Origin: an uncultured Trueperaceae bacterium
GTDB lineage: Bacteria; Deinococcota; Deinococci; Deinococcales; Trueperaceae
NCBI GenBank assembly: GCA_963727505.1
Contig: CAVSGP010000008.1
Location: 17,704-81,703, forward strand
DNA: 64,000 bases
Direction: 5' to 3'
This document shows, one piece after another, positions 19,280 through 29,248 of the stretch (positions within the stretch are counted from its first letter, which is position 1; the number at the start of each line of letters is the position of its first letter). The notes under the pieces were generated by a model, which saw only the letters and a program-made list of their open reading frames with translations, was not told the DNA's origin and did no database searches. The translations under genes were made by a program, and so were the position numbers.

Positions 19280-20161
19280 ATGTCTCGGCTGGATCGATCG
19301 CCGACCCCCCACAACGACAGGTCCGCAGCAGGTGCCGCCGGCGTCACGCTGGTGGTGGGCGCCGGCGGTGCGGCGTGCGCCGCGGCGGTGGGCGCCCACC
19401 GCGCGTTGAAGCGCGCCGGCGTAGCGGTCGACGGCGTCGTCGGCAGCTCCACCGGCGCGGCGGTGGCGGCCGCGCTGGCGCTAGGCTGGGAGGCCGAGAC
19501 CACCGAGGCGGTGCTGCGGCGGCTGTGGGTGCCGGCCGTGATGCGCGGCGCCCGGCAACGCGCGGCGCTGCGGCTGGCGTTGCCGCGGCTGGCGCGTGGC
19601 GGCGGCTTCGCGCTGAGCGAGGGCGGGGCGCTCGAGGAGCGCGTACGCAGGGCGTTCGGGGAGGCGCGCTTCGAGGACGCCCGCATCCCTCTCGTGATCG
19701 TCGCCACCGACCTTGCCAGCGGCGAGCGCGTGCGCCTCGAGGAGGGCCTCGTTGCCGACGCGGTCCGCGCCAGCCTCAGCGTCCCGCTGCTCTTCCCGCC
19801 GGTCCTCTGGCAGGGTCGGGAGCTGGTGGACGGCGCCCTCTCCGAGCCCCTGCCGGTGCTGGAGGCGTTGGGGTGGGGGTCGGTGGCGGTGGTGGCGCTG
19901 GGGTTCGCGAGTCGCGCGCCGGAGCGCGCCGGCGGGGCGCTGGGGGCGGTGCTGGCGACGCACGTGGCTGCGGTCAACAACCTGATGCGGCTGGCGTCGG
20001 CCTACTACGACCTGGCGTCACCGGTGCGACTCCTCCGGCTCGAGCCCGAGCTCGGCGACGCCGCCCCCATGTTCGACGGCTCGGGCACCGCCGAGGCGAT
20101 CGCAAGCGGCGAGCGCGCCATGGAAGAGGCCATGGAGGACCTACGGCGCCTGCTCGTGTGA
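19280..20161 (+). CDS. Patatin-like phospholipase family protein
   Basis: GAGG oxyanion motif, GSSTG nucleophile, ATDL, AVRASLSVP, DGA. Confidence 0.85.
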   Translation: MSRLDRSPTPHNDRSAAGAAGVTLVVGAGGAACAAAVGAHRALKRAGVAVDGVVGSSTGAAVAAALALGWEAETTEAVLRRLWVPAVMRGARQRAALRLALPRLARGGGFALSEGGALEERVRRAFGEARFEDARIPLVIVATDLASGERVRLEEGLVADAVRASLSVPLLFPPVLWQGRELVDGALSEPLPVLEALGWGSVAVVALGFASRAPERAGGALGAVLATHVAAVNNLMRLASAYYDLASPVRLLRLEPELGDAAPMFDGSGTAEAIASGERAMEEAMEDLRRLLV

Positions 20162-20167
20162 CGGGGC

Positions 20168-20593
20168 TCAGGTGGTCTGCCGGCTGTCGATGAGTTGCGC
20201 CAGGTGCACGCGGTCGAGCGTCTCGCGGATGGCGAGGCTGGTGCTCAACCACGCCACGTTGAGGCGGCAGAAGCCCTTTCGCTGCTGGGTGGCGCAACGC
20301 GCCTGGGTCTGGCAGGTGTCGACCACCACCGACCCCGACATGGCTTCGATCACGTCGAGCAACGATAGCCGCTCGACGTCCACGCGCAGCGTGACGCCCC
20401 CGTTGCGCCCCGGCTTGCTCTCCAGGAAGCGCGCGGCGGACAGCTTGCGCAATACCTTGGCCAGGAAGGCAGGAGGCATCTGGAGATCCTTGGCCATCTT
20501 CGCGGCGCTTGCGCCAGGGTTCTCGGCGGCGTAGATGAGCGCGTGGATCGCGTAGCTCTCTTCGCGCCTCAGCAGGGTCCGGATGTCGTCCAT
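20168..20593 (-). CDS. Rrf2-family transcriptional regulator (three Cys, probably Fe-S)
   Basis: YAIHALIY, FLAKVLRKL, GRNGG, SLLDVIEA, CxxxxxC...C. Confidence 0.9.
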   Translation of the reverse strand: MDDIRTLLRREESYAIHALIYAAENPGASAAKMAKDLQMPPAFLAKVLRKLSAARFLESKPGRNGGVTLRVDVERLSLLDVIEAMSGSVVVDTCQTQARCATQQRKGFCRLNVAWLSTSLAIRETLDRVHLAQLIDSRQTT

Positions 20594-20758
20594 ACCAGTG
20601 CTCCGGCGGCAACCCGAGCTGCCTCCATGCTAGCAGACAAACGCGGAGATGGCGCTCGGATTTGGCGCGGGGTCGCCGTCGTGCGCTCCGCTCGCGCGCT
20701 CGAAACATGGAGCTGTGGGTCCGAGTCAAGCTTTGTCCGCGGAGCGGACGCGGCGATT

Positions 20759-22390
20759 TCAGTGCGGCAGCGCCAGCAGCAGCACTTGCGCCAGCAGGAT
20801 CTTGACGATGGTGGCCAGCGGGAACACGGTGGCGTAGCCGACGTTGGGCAGGTCGTTGCCGGTCTGCTCGTTGGCGAAGCCCAGCACGGCCGGTTGGGTC
20901 TGCTGCCCCGACAGCATGCCGATCAGCAGGCTCATGGGGATACGCAACAGCCGGCTTCCCACCACCAGCGTCAGCAGGGCGCTGGCGCAGGTGACGAGCG
21001 CACCGCCCAGGAACAGCCTCAGGCCGCCGCCGCTGGCGAGCGTGGTCGCGAAGGCGTCGCCGCTGCGGGTGCCGATCCCGGCGAGGAACAGCACCAGCCC
21101 GAGCTGGCGCAGCGTCAGGTTGGCGCTGTAGGGCGGCTGCCAAACGATGGGCCCGGTGCGCCGCAGGGCGGACAGCGCCAGCGCCACGACCAGCGGGCCG
21201 CCCGCGAAGCCCAGTCGGAAGGTGAGGCCGCCGGGCAGCGGCAGCGGCACCAGGCCGAGCGCCAACCCCAGCGCGATGCCGAGGCCGAAGGGCAGCACGT
21301 CGATCTCGGACAGCGAGCGGTAGGAATCGCCGAAGAAGCGCCCGACCGCGTCCATGCGGTCGCGGCGGGTGACGACGCGGACACGGTCGCCGAGCTCCAG
21401 CCGCATGCCCCCCGAGGGGAGCAGGTCGCTGTCGCCCCGCCGCACGCGCGTCACCAGAGCACCGAAGCGTTCCAGCAGGCCCAGGTCGCGCAGGGCCCTA
21501 CCTGCCACCTCCGGGCGGGACACGAAGATGCGTCGCACGTCCAGGCGCGCCCGGTCGAACTCGAGGTGCTCCGGGCTGGGCTCGCCCAGCGCCGGCATCA
21601 CGGCCTGCAGGTCCTCGGCGGCGCCCACCAGGGTGACGTCGTCGCCGGGGCGCAGCACGGTGTCGCCGTGCACCAGGTCGAGCTCGTCGCCGCGCCGGAA
21701 GCGCGCGAAGAGCACGTGCCAGCGCTCGCGTTCCAGCCACCCCTGGACGCTCCGCTCGGCCATGTCGGGGCGGGTGATGCGCACCGTCGCCGCGTCCAGC
21801 CGCTCGCCCGAGGCACCCAGGTCGCGCAGCGCCCGCGCCTCCTTGCGGTAGTCGATGCGCCAGATCCGCTGCGCGATGAAGATCGCCAGGATGACCCCCA
21901 CGACACCCACCGGGTAGCTGATCGAGTACGCCACCACGGGCTGGTTGTCGAGCGCTGCCCGCCCGCTCTGCTGTAGCGTCTCCACCAGGCTGGCGAGTGC
22001 GGGCGTGTTGGTGAGCCCTCCAGCGAACAGGCCGGCCGCGAACGGTCCCGGGATCCCGAGTCCGAGTGCGAGCGCCGTGGTCAGGCCGGCGGCGAAGAGT
22101 AGCGCGGCCAGCACCAGCAGGTTGTCGCGCAACCCGCGGCGTCCGAACGACGCGAAGAAGCCGGGCCCGCTGGCCAGCCCCACCGTGTACACGAAGATCA
22201 CCAGGCCGAGCTGATAGACGAGATCTGGCAGCCGCAGGCTGGGGTCGATCGCGCCCACCCCCAGCCCCACGAACAACACGGCGGCGACGCCGAGGTTGAA
22301 GCCGGCCACTCGTATGCGCCCCAACGGGTAACCCAGCGCGGCGACGATGAACAGGAGCAGCAGCGGATTGCCGGCGATCAGCGCGACCAT
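20759..22390 (-). CDS. Aspartate:alanine exchanger (AAE; YidE/YbjL) family transporter with two TrkA-C domains
   Basis: GGLTNTPAL, YSISYPVG, AGGPLVVAL, GQQTQPAVL, YATVFP. Confidence 0.9.
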   Translation of the reverse strand: MVALIAGNPLLLLFIVAALGYPLGRIRVAGFNLGVAAVLFVGLGVGAIDPSLRLPDLVYQLGLVIFVYTVGLASGPGFFASFGRRGLRDNLLVLAALLFAAGLTTALALGLGIPGPFAAGLFAGGLTNTPALASLVETLQQSGRAALDNQPVVAYSISYPVGVVGVILAIFIAQRIWRIDYRKEARALRDLGASGERLDAATVRITRPDMAERSVQGWLERERWHVLFARFRRGDELDLVHGDTVLRPGDDVTLVGAAEDLQAVMPALGEPSPEHLEFDRARLDVRRIFVSRPEVAGRALRDLGLLERFGALVTRVRRGDSDLLPSGGMRLELGDRVRVVTRRDRMDAVGRFFGDSYRSLSEIDVLPFGLGIALGLALGLVPLPLPGGLTFRLGFAGGPLVVALALSALRRTGPIVWQPPYSANLTLRQLGLVLFLAGIGTRSGDAFATTLASGGGLRLFLGGALVTCASALLTLVVGSRLLRIPMSLLIGMLSGQQTQPAVLGFANEQTGNDLPNVGYATVFPLATIVKILLAQVLLLALPH

Positions 22391-22417
22391 GATGGAGAGC
22401 GGGCGGGCGGCGGGGGG

Positions 22418-24019
22418 TCAGACCTGCGGGCCGGCCCGGACGACCTCCTCGGAAACCTGGTCCCCGAACTGGCGGAAGTTGTCGCGGAACATCCCCGCCA
22501 GCTTGCGTGCCTGCTGGGCGTAGGCGTCCTTGTCGGGCCAGGTGCCGCTGGGCATGAGCACGTCCGAGGTCACGCCGGGAACGCTCCTGGGCACCGCAAG
22601 GCCGAAGAGCGGCTCCTCGTCGAACTCGGCGTGGTCGAGCCGCGAGCTCACCGCCGCCTCGACCATGGCGCGCGTGTAGCTGATCGGCATGCGATGCCCC
22701 TGGCCGTACGCCCCGCCCGTCCAACCGGTGTTGACCAGCCATACCGACGCGCCCGCTTCGCGTACCTTCTCGGCCAGGAGCTCGGCGTACACGACGGCAG
22801 GTCGGGGCATGAAAGGCCCCCCGAAGCAGATCGAGAACGTCGCCTGGGGCTCGTCCACCCCGCGCTCCGTGCCGGCCAGTTTGGCGGTGTAGCCCGAGAG
22901 GAAGTAGTACATCGCCTGCTCCGGAGTGAGTCGGGAGATCGGCGGCAGCACCCCGAAGGCATCGGCCGACAGGAACACGACGTGGGTGGGATGCCCTCCG
23001 AAGCCGACGCGACTGGCGCTCGGGATGTGGGAGATGGGGTAGGCCGCGCGCGTGTTCTCCGTCTTGCTGGTGTCGTCGAGGTTGACCTTGCGGGTGTCCG
23101 GATCGACGATGACGTTCTCCAGGATGGTGCCGAAGCGCCTCGTGGTCTGGTAGATCTCCGGCTCGGCTTCCGACGACAGGTGTTCGATCTTCGCGTAGCA
23201 GCCGCCCTCGAAGTTGAACACGCCCTGGTCCGACCAGCCGTGCTCGTCGTCGCCGATGAGGGTGCGGTCGCTGGTCGAGGAGAGGGTCGTCTTCCCGGTG
23301 CCCGAGAGCCCGAAGAACAGGGCCACCTCGTTGTCAGGACCGACGTTGGCCGAGCAGTGCATGGGCAGCACGCCGCGCGCCGGCAACTCGAAGTTCATCA
23401 TCGAGAAGGCCGCCTTCTTCATCTCGCCGGCGTACTCGGTGGAGCCGACGATCACCAGCTTCTCGCTTAGGTTCATGGCGATGACCGTCTCGTTGCGCGT
23501 GCCCATGGTCGCCGGGTCGGCGCGCAGGCTTGGCAGGTCGAGGATGGTGTAGACCGGCTCGAAGCGCTCGCGTGCCCGCAGGGTGGGGCGCACGAACAGG
23601 TTGCGGATGAACAGGCTGTGCCAGGCGTACTCGGTGATGACGCGCACCGGTACGCGGAAGTCGGGGTGGGCGCCCACGAAGACGTCGGCGACGAAGAGCT
23701 CGAGCCCGCGGGTGGTGTCGAGCGCAGCGCTGCGCAGGGCCTCGAACTGCTCGGGCTCCATCGGCTGGTTGATCGGCCCCCACGCCACCGTGTCCGCGGT
23801 GGTGGCGTCGCGCACGATGTACTTGTCCTTCGGCGAGCGGCCCGTGTAGCGCCCGGTATCCACCACCAGCGGCCCCATGTGGGCCAGTTGCGCCTCGCCA
23901 CGGTTCAGGGCCGCGGTGTAGAGCTCCGGGGTGCCGAGGTTCCAGTGGACGACGACCGCGTCCGCGATCCCCGAGGCCGCGAACGACTCTGCCTTGATGT
24001 TGTGACCATCATGCTTCAT
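22418..24019 (-). CDS. pckA: Phosphoenolpyruvate carboxykinase (ATP)
   Basis: TGRSPKDK, YAGEMKK, MHCSAN, FFGLSGTGKTTLS, IGDDEHGW, NFEGGCYAK. Confidence 0.97.
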   Translation of the reverse strand: MKHDGHNIKAESFAASGIADAVVVHWNLGTPELYTAALNRGEAQLAHMGPLVVDTGRYTGRSPKDKYIVRDATTADTVAWGPINQPMEPEQFEALRSAALDTTRGLELFVADVFVGAHPDFRVPVRVITEYAWHSLFIRNLFVRPTLRARERFEPVYTILDLPSLRADPATMGTRNETVIAMNLSEKLVIVGSTEYAGEMKKAAFSMMNFELPARGVLPMHCSANVGPDNEVALFFGLSGTGKTTLSSTSDRTLIGDDEHGWSDQGVFNFEGGCYAKIEHLSSEAEPEIYQTTRRFGTILENVIVDPDTRKVNLDDTSKTENTRAAYPISHIPSASRVGFGGHPTHVVFLSADAFGVLPPISRLTPEQAMYYFLSGYTAKLAGTERGVDEPQATFSICFGGPFMPRPAVVYAELLAEKVREAGASVWLVNTGWTGGAYGQGHRMPISYTRAMVEAAVSSRLDHAEFDEEPLFGLAVPRSVPGVTSDVLMPSGTWPDKDAYAQQARKLAGMFRDNFRQFGDQVSEEVVRAGPQV

Positions 24020-24252
24020 GCGTGTCCTCCCGCCGGGTCCGACCCGTACGCGTACGTTAGCCTTTCGCGCGGGTGGCAGGTGGCCCAACGGGAGGGACAA
24101 CGGCCGGAGGGGCGTGCGTCGACCGTCTACACGGCCTCCCAGCAGCAGGCGCAGCACGGCGGCGGGCAGCACGGTGCCGGACCCTGGTCGACGGGCTTAT
24201 CGACGTCGGACGCCGACGAACCTCGTGAGCGCCGGCACTATGATGGGGCGCC

Positions 24253-24915
24253 ATGCCCCTGGACGGCCACACTCCTCACCCCCGCCCGTCGCCTGCACGG
24301 CGGACCGCCCGCCTCTTCCTGCTCAACCTGTTGGTCTTCGGCGGCGCGATGCTGCTGCTGTGGGGTGGTTCGAAGCTGCTCCACCACCCCAGGGGCGCCG
24401 CCGCCAACGTTCCCATGCCGGCCGGCATGGTGGTCGGGCGGGCGCCGGGCCCGCTCGATTCCGGCGACTACCGTCTGTGGCTCCAAGGCGCGCGCTGGGT
24501 CCGCCAGGACAGCCTGCCCGGGAACGTCCGCCTCAGCTTCCGGGCGCGCCCCAACATGCTGGTCGACTACCTGGTGGTGCACGTGACCGTGGGGGACCGC
24601 GGCGGCGCGACGCTGCCGTTGAGCTACCAGGGTGTCGAGCAGGACGTGCGCTTCGTGCTCGGGTCGAACGACCCCGACTCGCGCTACGTCGAACCGGTGC
24701 CGCCGGCCGACGCGGCGACCATCAGCGGCGACGCGCCGCTCGCAAGCGGCGCGCTGGCGCCCGGCGAGCGCCGCAGCGGGGTGCTGGTGTACGCCATCGA
24801 GCCCTTCCGGAAGGGGTTCGCGCTGCTCCTGATCCCGCGGTACGCGGCCGGCGGATCGCCCGACGCCGGCCCCATCGAGCCCGCCCTCGAGATGCGTTTC
24901 GCGCCCGGGCGCTGA
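24253..24915 (+). CDS. Hypothetical membrane-anchored protein (DUF4352-like beta domain)
   Basis: One TM segment; C-terminal LAPGERRSGVLVY motif; TATGAT 8 nt before the ATG. Confidence 0.55.
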   Translation: MPLDGHTPHPRPSPARRTARLFLLNLLVFGGAMLLLWGGSKLLHHPRGAAANVPMPAGMVVGRAPGPLDSGDYRLWLQGARWVRQDSLPGNVRLSFRARPNMLVDYLVVHVTVGDRGGATLPLSYQGVEQDVRFVLGSNDPDSRYVEPVPPADAATISGDAPLASGALAPGERRSGVLVYAIEPFRKGFALLLIPRYAAGGSPDAGPIEPALEMRFAPGR

Positions 24916-24981
24916 AGATACTCACCGTTTCGGGCGCCCGACGCGCCCGGGAGTAGGGCAGCCGGGGCCCGCCGCCGACGG

Positions 24982-26013
24982 CTAGCGGGTGCGGGTGACC
25001 TTGCGCAGGTGGCGGGGCGCGTCCGGATCGATCCCGCGCGAGCGCGCCAGGCGTTCGGCGAGGAGCTGGCCGGCCACGACCAGCACGAAGCTCGCCGTGA
25101 CCTCGTGCAGCCCTTCGGGCAGCGCCGCCGACGCGGATGCGAGGCGCAACAGCGAGGGTGCGCCCGCCAGCACCGTCAGGTCGGCGCCGACCTCGCGCAG
25201 CCGCGAGGCGACCGCCTCGTTTCCACTCAGGCTGGCGTCCTCGGTCGCCAGCAGCAGCAGCGGGTCGCCGGCGTCCACCACCGCGATGGGGCCATGCTGG
25301 AACTCGGCGCTGGAGTACGCCTGGGCGTCGATGTAGGCCGTCTCCTTGAGCTTGAGGGCGGTCTCCAGCGCGGCCGCGAACGACAGGCCGCGCCCCAGCA
25401 CGTAGAGCCCATCGGCGTGCGTCAGTCGCAGCGCCGCCCGCTCCAAGGCGTCCACGTCGGCCAGCAGGGTCTCCAGCGCGGGCGGGACGGCGTCGAGCGC
25501 AGCGCGCAGATCGTCGTCGGCCGCCCACTCCGCCACCAGTCGCGCCAGCACCATCATCTGGCTGGTGAAGGTCTTGCTCGCCGCCACCGCCTGTTCCTCG
25601 CCGGCGTGCTGTGCCAGCGCGTGGTCGGCCTGCGTCGCCAGATGGCTGCCCGGCTGGTTGGTCACGGCCAGCGTGAGCGCGCCGGCCTCCTGCAGCGCGG
25701 CCAGACCTTCCACCACGTCGGTGCTCTCGCCGGACTGGCTGACGCCGATGCCGAGCGCGCCCTCGAGCCGCAGGCGGGCGCCGTAGAGGGTGAGCAGCGA
25801 GGGCGGCACGCTCGCCACCGGCAACCCCAGGCTGCGGCCCGCCAGATAGGCGAAGAAGGTGACGGCGTTGTCCGACGAGCCACGCGCCAGCGTGGCGACC
25901 AGCGGCACGTCGCGGCCGCGCAGCTCGCCCGCCAGCTCGGCAACGGACGGGTCCTGCAGGATGCGCGCCAGGACGGCGGGTTGCTCGGCGATCTCGCGTT
26001 CGAAGTGACTCAC
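24982..26013 (-). CDS. SIS-domain sugar-phosphate isomerase/deaminase (glucosamine-6-P deaminase, GlmD/NagB-II type)
   Basis: EIAEQP, ARGSS, SQSGES, AVAASKTF, ALKLKET, EFQHGP; no glutaminase domain. GTG start overlaps the murQ stop. Confidence 0.85.
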   Translation of the reverse strand: MSHFEREIAEQPAVLARILQDPSVAELAGELRGRDVPLVATLARGSSDNAVTFFAYLAGRSLGLPVASVPPSLLTLYGARLRLEGALGIGVSQSGESTDVVEGLAALQEAGALTLAVTNQPGSHLATQADHALAQHAGEEQAVAASKTFTSQMMVLARLVAEWAADDDLRAALDAVPPALETLLADVDALERAALRLTHADGLYVLGRGLSFAAALETALKLKETAYIDAQAYSSAEFQHGPIAVVDAGDPLLLLATEDASLSGNEAVASRLREVGADLTVLAGAPSLLRLASASAALPEGLHEVTASFVLVVAGQLLAERLARSRGIDPDAPRHLRKVTRTR

Positions 26014-26897
26014 GGGTCCTCCCGTCGATCGTCCAGTGCGTCGCGCACGCGGTCGCGGTGGCGCGCGAGAAGTGTGCGGGCCACCTCCGGGTCGACGCCC
26101 GCCTCCAGCATCACGATGGCCTCGCGGATCCCCCAGGCGGCGGCGGCCAGGGAACGTTCGGCAGCCTCGCGCGGCGCGCCGGTGGCCGCGCACACCACCT
26201 CCACCGCCCTTCGCCGGAGCTTGGCGTTGGTGGGGCGCATGCCGACCATCAGGTTCCGGTAGGCGCCGCCCGAGCGCACGAGCACGGCCGTGGACAGCGC
26301 GTTGAGGGCGATCTTCTGCGCCGTGCCTGCCGCCAGCCGGGTGGAGCCGGCCAGCACCTCCGGTCCGGTATCCAGCAGGACGCCGACCTCGGCCGCGGCG
26401 AGCAGCGGTGTGCCGGCGTTGTTGGCGATGCCGACGGTGAACGCGCCGCGTTCGCGGGCGGCGTGGATCACGCTGAGGGTGTAGGGCGTGCGGCCGCTGG
26501 CCGCGATGCCGAGGACCGCGTCGTCCGGCCCCAGGCCGGCGCCCGCGACGTCGCGGGCGGCCGCGTCCGTGTCGTCCTCGGCGTTCTCGACGGCCACGGC
26601 GCCGGCGCTGCCGCCGCCGGCCATGAGCACCACGGTGCGCTCGAAGCCGAAGGTGGGCGGCAACTCCGCGGCGTCCTGCAGGGCGATGCGGCCCGAGGTT
26701 CCGGCGCCCGCGTACACGAGCCGACCGCCACGCGACAGGCGCGCCTCGACGCCGATCGCCGCCCGCTCCAGCGCGTCGCGTGCGTTCCACGCGGCATCGA
26801 CCGCGCGCTGGCCGCCATCGACGACGGCATCGACGATGCGGCCGAGGGACCAGACGTCGAGGTCCCGGTAGTTGGGGTCGCGGCCCTCCGTGGTCAT
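26010..26897 (-). CDS. murQ: N-acetylmuramic acid 6-phosphate etherase
   Basis: TTEGR, YAGAGTSGRI...DAAELPPTFG, IAASGRTPY, TGPEVLAGSTRL, NLMV, NAKLRRRA. Confidence 0.93.
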   Translation of the reverse strand: MTTEGRDPNYRDLDVWSLGRIVDAVVDGGQRAVDAAWNARDALERAAIGVEARLSRGGRLVYAGAGTSGRIALQDAAELPPTFGFERTVVLMAGGGSAGAVAVENAEDDTDAAARDVAGAGLGPDDAVLGIAASGRTPYTLSVIHAARERGAFTVGIANNAGTPLLAAAEVGVLLDTGPEVLAGSTRLAAGTAQKIALNALSTAVLVRSGGAYRNLMVGMRPTNAKLRRRAVEVVCAATGAPREAAERSLAAAAWGIREAIVMLEAGVDPEVARTLLARHRDRVRDALDDRREDP

Positions 26898-27661
26898 GGC
26901 TCGCCCGCCCGCAGGTGCAGCACCATGCGGTACATGTCGCCACGATACGCACTGCGCACGAACTCGAAGGGCCGGCCGTTGCCGTCGTACGTGGTGCGCT
27001 CGAGCTCGAGCACCGGGACGTCGCGGCCGATCTGCAGCAACCGGCACTCCTTGGCCGTCGGAAGGCGCGCGCCTACGGCCTGCCGCGCTCGTGCCGGACG
27101 GATCCCGAACTGCGCTTCCAGGCAGCGGTAGAGGCTGCCGGTGCGCTCCAGCTCCTCGAGCGACAGCGCCGCGACATGCGGGGCCAGGTTCGCCGCCTGC
27201 AGGGCGAGCGGTGCGTCGTCGGCGCCGCGAAGGCGCTCGATGCGGAGCAGCGGTGCGCCCGCCGGCACGAGCAGGGCGGCGGCGGCGTCACGGTCGGCGG
27301 GGACCTCGGAGGACGCGAGCAGACGTGCGGTGGGATGGAACCCGAGGCCGCGGGCCTCGTCGGTGAAGCCCAGCACGCGATCGAGCACCTGTTCCAGGGG
27401 GTGGCCCCGGACGTACGTGCCCGAACCCTGGCGCTGCTCCACCAGGTCTCGGCGCTCGAGTTCCTCGAACGCGCGGCGCACGGTCATGCGCGACAGCCCG
27501 AGTTGCTGCGCCAGCTCGCGTTCGCTGGGCAGCGCCTGCCCGGGGCTGAGCGAGCCGTCCTCGATGGCCTGCTCCAGCGCCTGGCGGAGCTGCAGGTACG
27601 CCGGCGTCGGCAGGGCCTTGTCGATGGCGGGCGCGAACGTCATGGGACGCTCGGCCGCCAC
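26894..27661 (-). CDS. GntR/HutC-family regulator with UTRA domain (NagR/DasR-like); alternative start ATG 27643
   Basis: LPSERELA...SRMTVRRA...QGSGTYV HTH; C-terminal UTRA domain. Confidence 0.92.
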   Translation of the reverse strand: MAAERPMTFAPAIDKALPTPAYLQLRQALEQAIEDGSLSPGQALPSERELAQQLGLSRMTVRRAFEELERRDLVEQRQGSGTYVRGHPLEQVLDRVLGFTDEARGLGFHPTARLLASSEVPADRDAAAALLVPAGAPLLRIERLRGADDAPLALQAANLAPHVAALSLEELERTGSLYRCLEAQFGIRPARARQAVGARLPTAKECRLLQIGRDVPVLELERTTYDGNGRPFEFVRSAYRGDMYRMVLHLRAGEP

Positions 27662-27681
27662 GGGGCTACGACCGTGACCAT

Positions 27682-27718
27682 GCCACTATTGTACCAATCC
27701 GCGCCGGGCCTCTATACT
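27682..27718. promoter_or_regulatory. Overlapping divergent promoters (gntR / sugar ABC)
   Basis: Plus strand TTGTAC-18 bp-TATACT; minus strand extended -10 TGG-TACAAT overlapping that -35. Confidence 0.6.
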
Positions 27719-27888
27719 TGACTCGTCCAACGAGGGTGCCGCGCGAGGTGCAAGCGGCCAAGCCGCCGGAGTCGGCCGGGCGACGTCCGCTCCTCCCGAA
27801 CGAACCGGCGGCGTGCTGTCCCCGACGGCGCCCTCGAGCGCTCTCCCGACCGCGATGCCGGCGGGGGAGGATCGATCGGAGGAAAGGT

Positions 27889-29121
27889 ATGAAGAGGATC
27901 GGTGGCATGCGTCTCCTGGCCGTTCTGCTCGGCCTGGTCCTGCTTGGCAGCGCGGCAGCGCAATCGCTGTCGTTCTGGAGCTGGCGTACGGAGGACGTCG
28001 ACGCCTACAACAGCTTCATCGCCGCGTTCCAGAAGGATCACCCCAACATCGACGTCACGTTCACGCCCTACAAGAACACCGAATACAACACCATCCTGTC
28101 GACCGCCATGCAAGGCGGCGGCGGCCCGGACATCGCCCACCTGCGCGCCTACGGCGGCATAGAACCACTGGCGGAGGCCGGCTTGCTGGTTCCCCTGGGC
28201 GACAAGGTGCCGGCGCTCGCCAACTTCGACCCCAACGTGCTCAAGGCCGCCACCGACCGCGCCGACGGCAAGGTCTACGGGGTGCCATTCGCGCTCCAGA
28301 CCATCCAGGTCCTGTACAACAAGGACGTCTTCGCCAAGCTCGGCCTCAGCGAACCCAAGACCTGGCAGGAGTTCCTCGACGTCGCGCAGAAGATCAAGGC
28401 GTCCGGGATCGACGCGCTCGCCAACGGCACCAAGGACCCATGGACGGTCGAGACGCTGTTCGGCGGCGTGGCCCCGGCGTTCTACGGCTGCAACGCCTTC
28501 TACGACAAGATGGCGGCCGGCACGTCCACCTTCGAGGACCCCGCCTTCAAGGGCGCGCTACAGCGCATGGTCGACCTCGAGCCCTACCTGGCGAGCAACT
28601 ACCAGGGCGTGGCCTACTCCGACATGCAGTCGCTGTTCGCCTACGGCCAGGCCGGCATGCTCATCGGCGGCAGCTACGAGCTCGGCACGCTCGCCCAGCT
28701 CGCTCCCGACTTCAACGTCGGCTCGTTCCTGATCCCCAACGATCAGGGCCAGACCTGCGAGACCTTCTACGTCGACGGCTCGTACGGCATCAACACGGCC
28801 AGCAAGCACCAGGACGCCGACGTGCAGTTCATCAACTTCCTGGCGAGCAAGGCGTACGGTCAGATGTTCACCGACACCCTGAAGCAGATCTCGGCGGTAC
28901 CCGGTGTCCTCCCGACCGATCCGGTACTGGCGCAGATGGCCGACCGGATGCACAGCGAAGGCACGCCCTACCTGATGCTCACGCTCTTCCGCTACGGTCA
29001 GCCCTCGGGCTCGACGCTGTTGCAAAACGAGATGCAGGCCGTGCTGGCCGGTAGCGAGACCGTCGACCAGGCGGCCGCCAACATCCAGCGCGGGGTGGCG
29101 ACCTGGTACACCTTCCAATAG
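27889..29121 (+). CDS. Sugar ABC transporter substrate-binding protein (probably amino sugar/muropeptide-derived)
   Basis: GGAGG RBS; signal peptide; GPDI, YGVPFA, YNKDVF, PKTWQEF. Confidence 0.88.
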   Translation: MKRIGGMRLLAVLLGLVLLGSAAAQSLSFWSWRTEDVDAYNSFIAAFQKDHPNIDVTFTPYKNTEYNTILSTAMQGGGGPDIAHLRAYGGIEPLAEAGLLVPLGDKVPALANFDPNVLKAATDRADGKVYGVPFALQTIQVLYNKDVFAKLGLSEPKTWQEFLDVAQKIKASGIDALANGTKDPWTVETLFGGVAPAFYGCNAFYDKMAAGTSTFEDPAFKGALQRMVDLEPYLASNYQGVAYSDMQSLFAYGQAGMLIGGSYELGTLAQLAPDFNVGSFLIPNDQGQTCETFYVDGSYGINTASKHQDADVQFINFLASKAYGQMFTDTLKQISAVPGVLPTDPVLAQMADRMHSEGTPYLMLTLFRYGQPSGSTLLQNEMQAVLAGSETVDQAAANIQRGVATWYTFQ

Positions 29122-29154
29122 CCCGGGTGGACGCGCGCATCGTGTCCCCCGCGT

Positions 29155-29184
29155 GGTGGGGTCGGGCTTCGGCCCGACCCCACC
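29155..29184 (+). terminator. Hairpin after the binding-protein gene
   Basis: GGGGTCGGGC-TTCG-GCCCGACCCC stem with a TTCG tetraloop. Confidence 0.55.
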
Positions 29185-29248
29185 CTCCTGATGGAGCAGC
29201 CGTGCCGGCAGGCCCGCTCCGGCCCGCCCGGGCGACGGGCGCTGCCCG

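Noticed and set aside
24982..26952. 656-aa ORF as a long SIS protein
   Set aside because: The N-terminal half is an alternative frame over murQ; the real start is GTG 26013.
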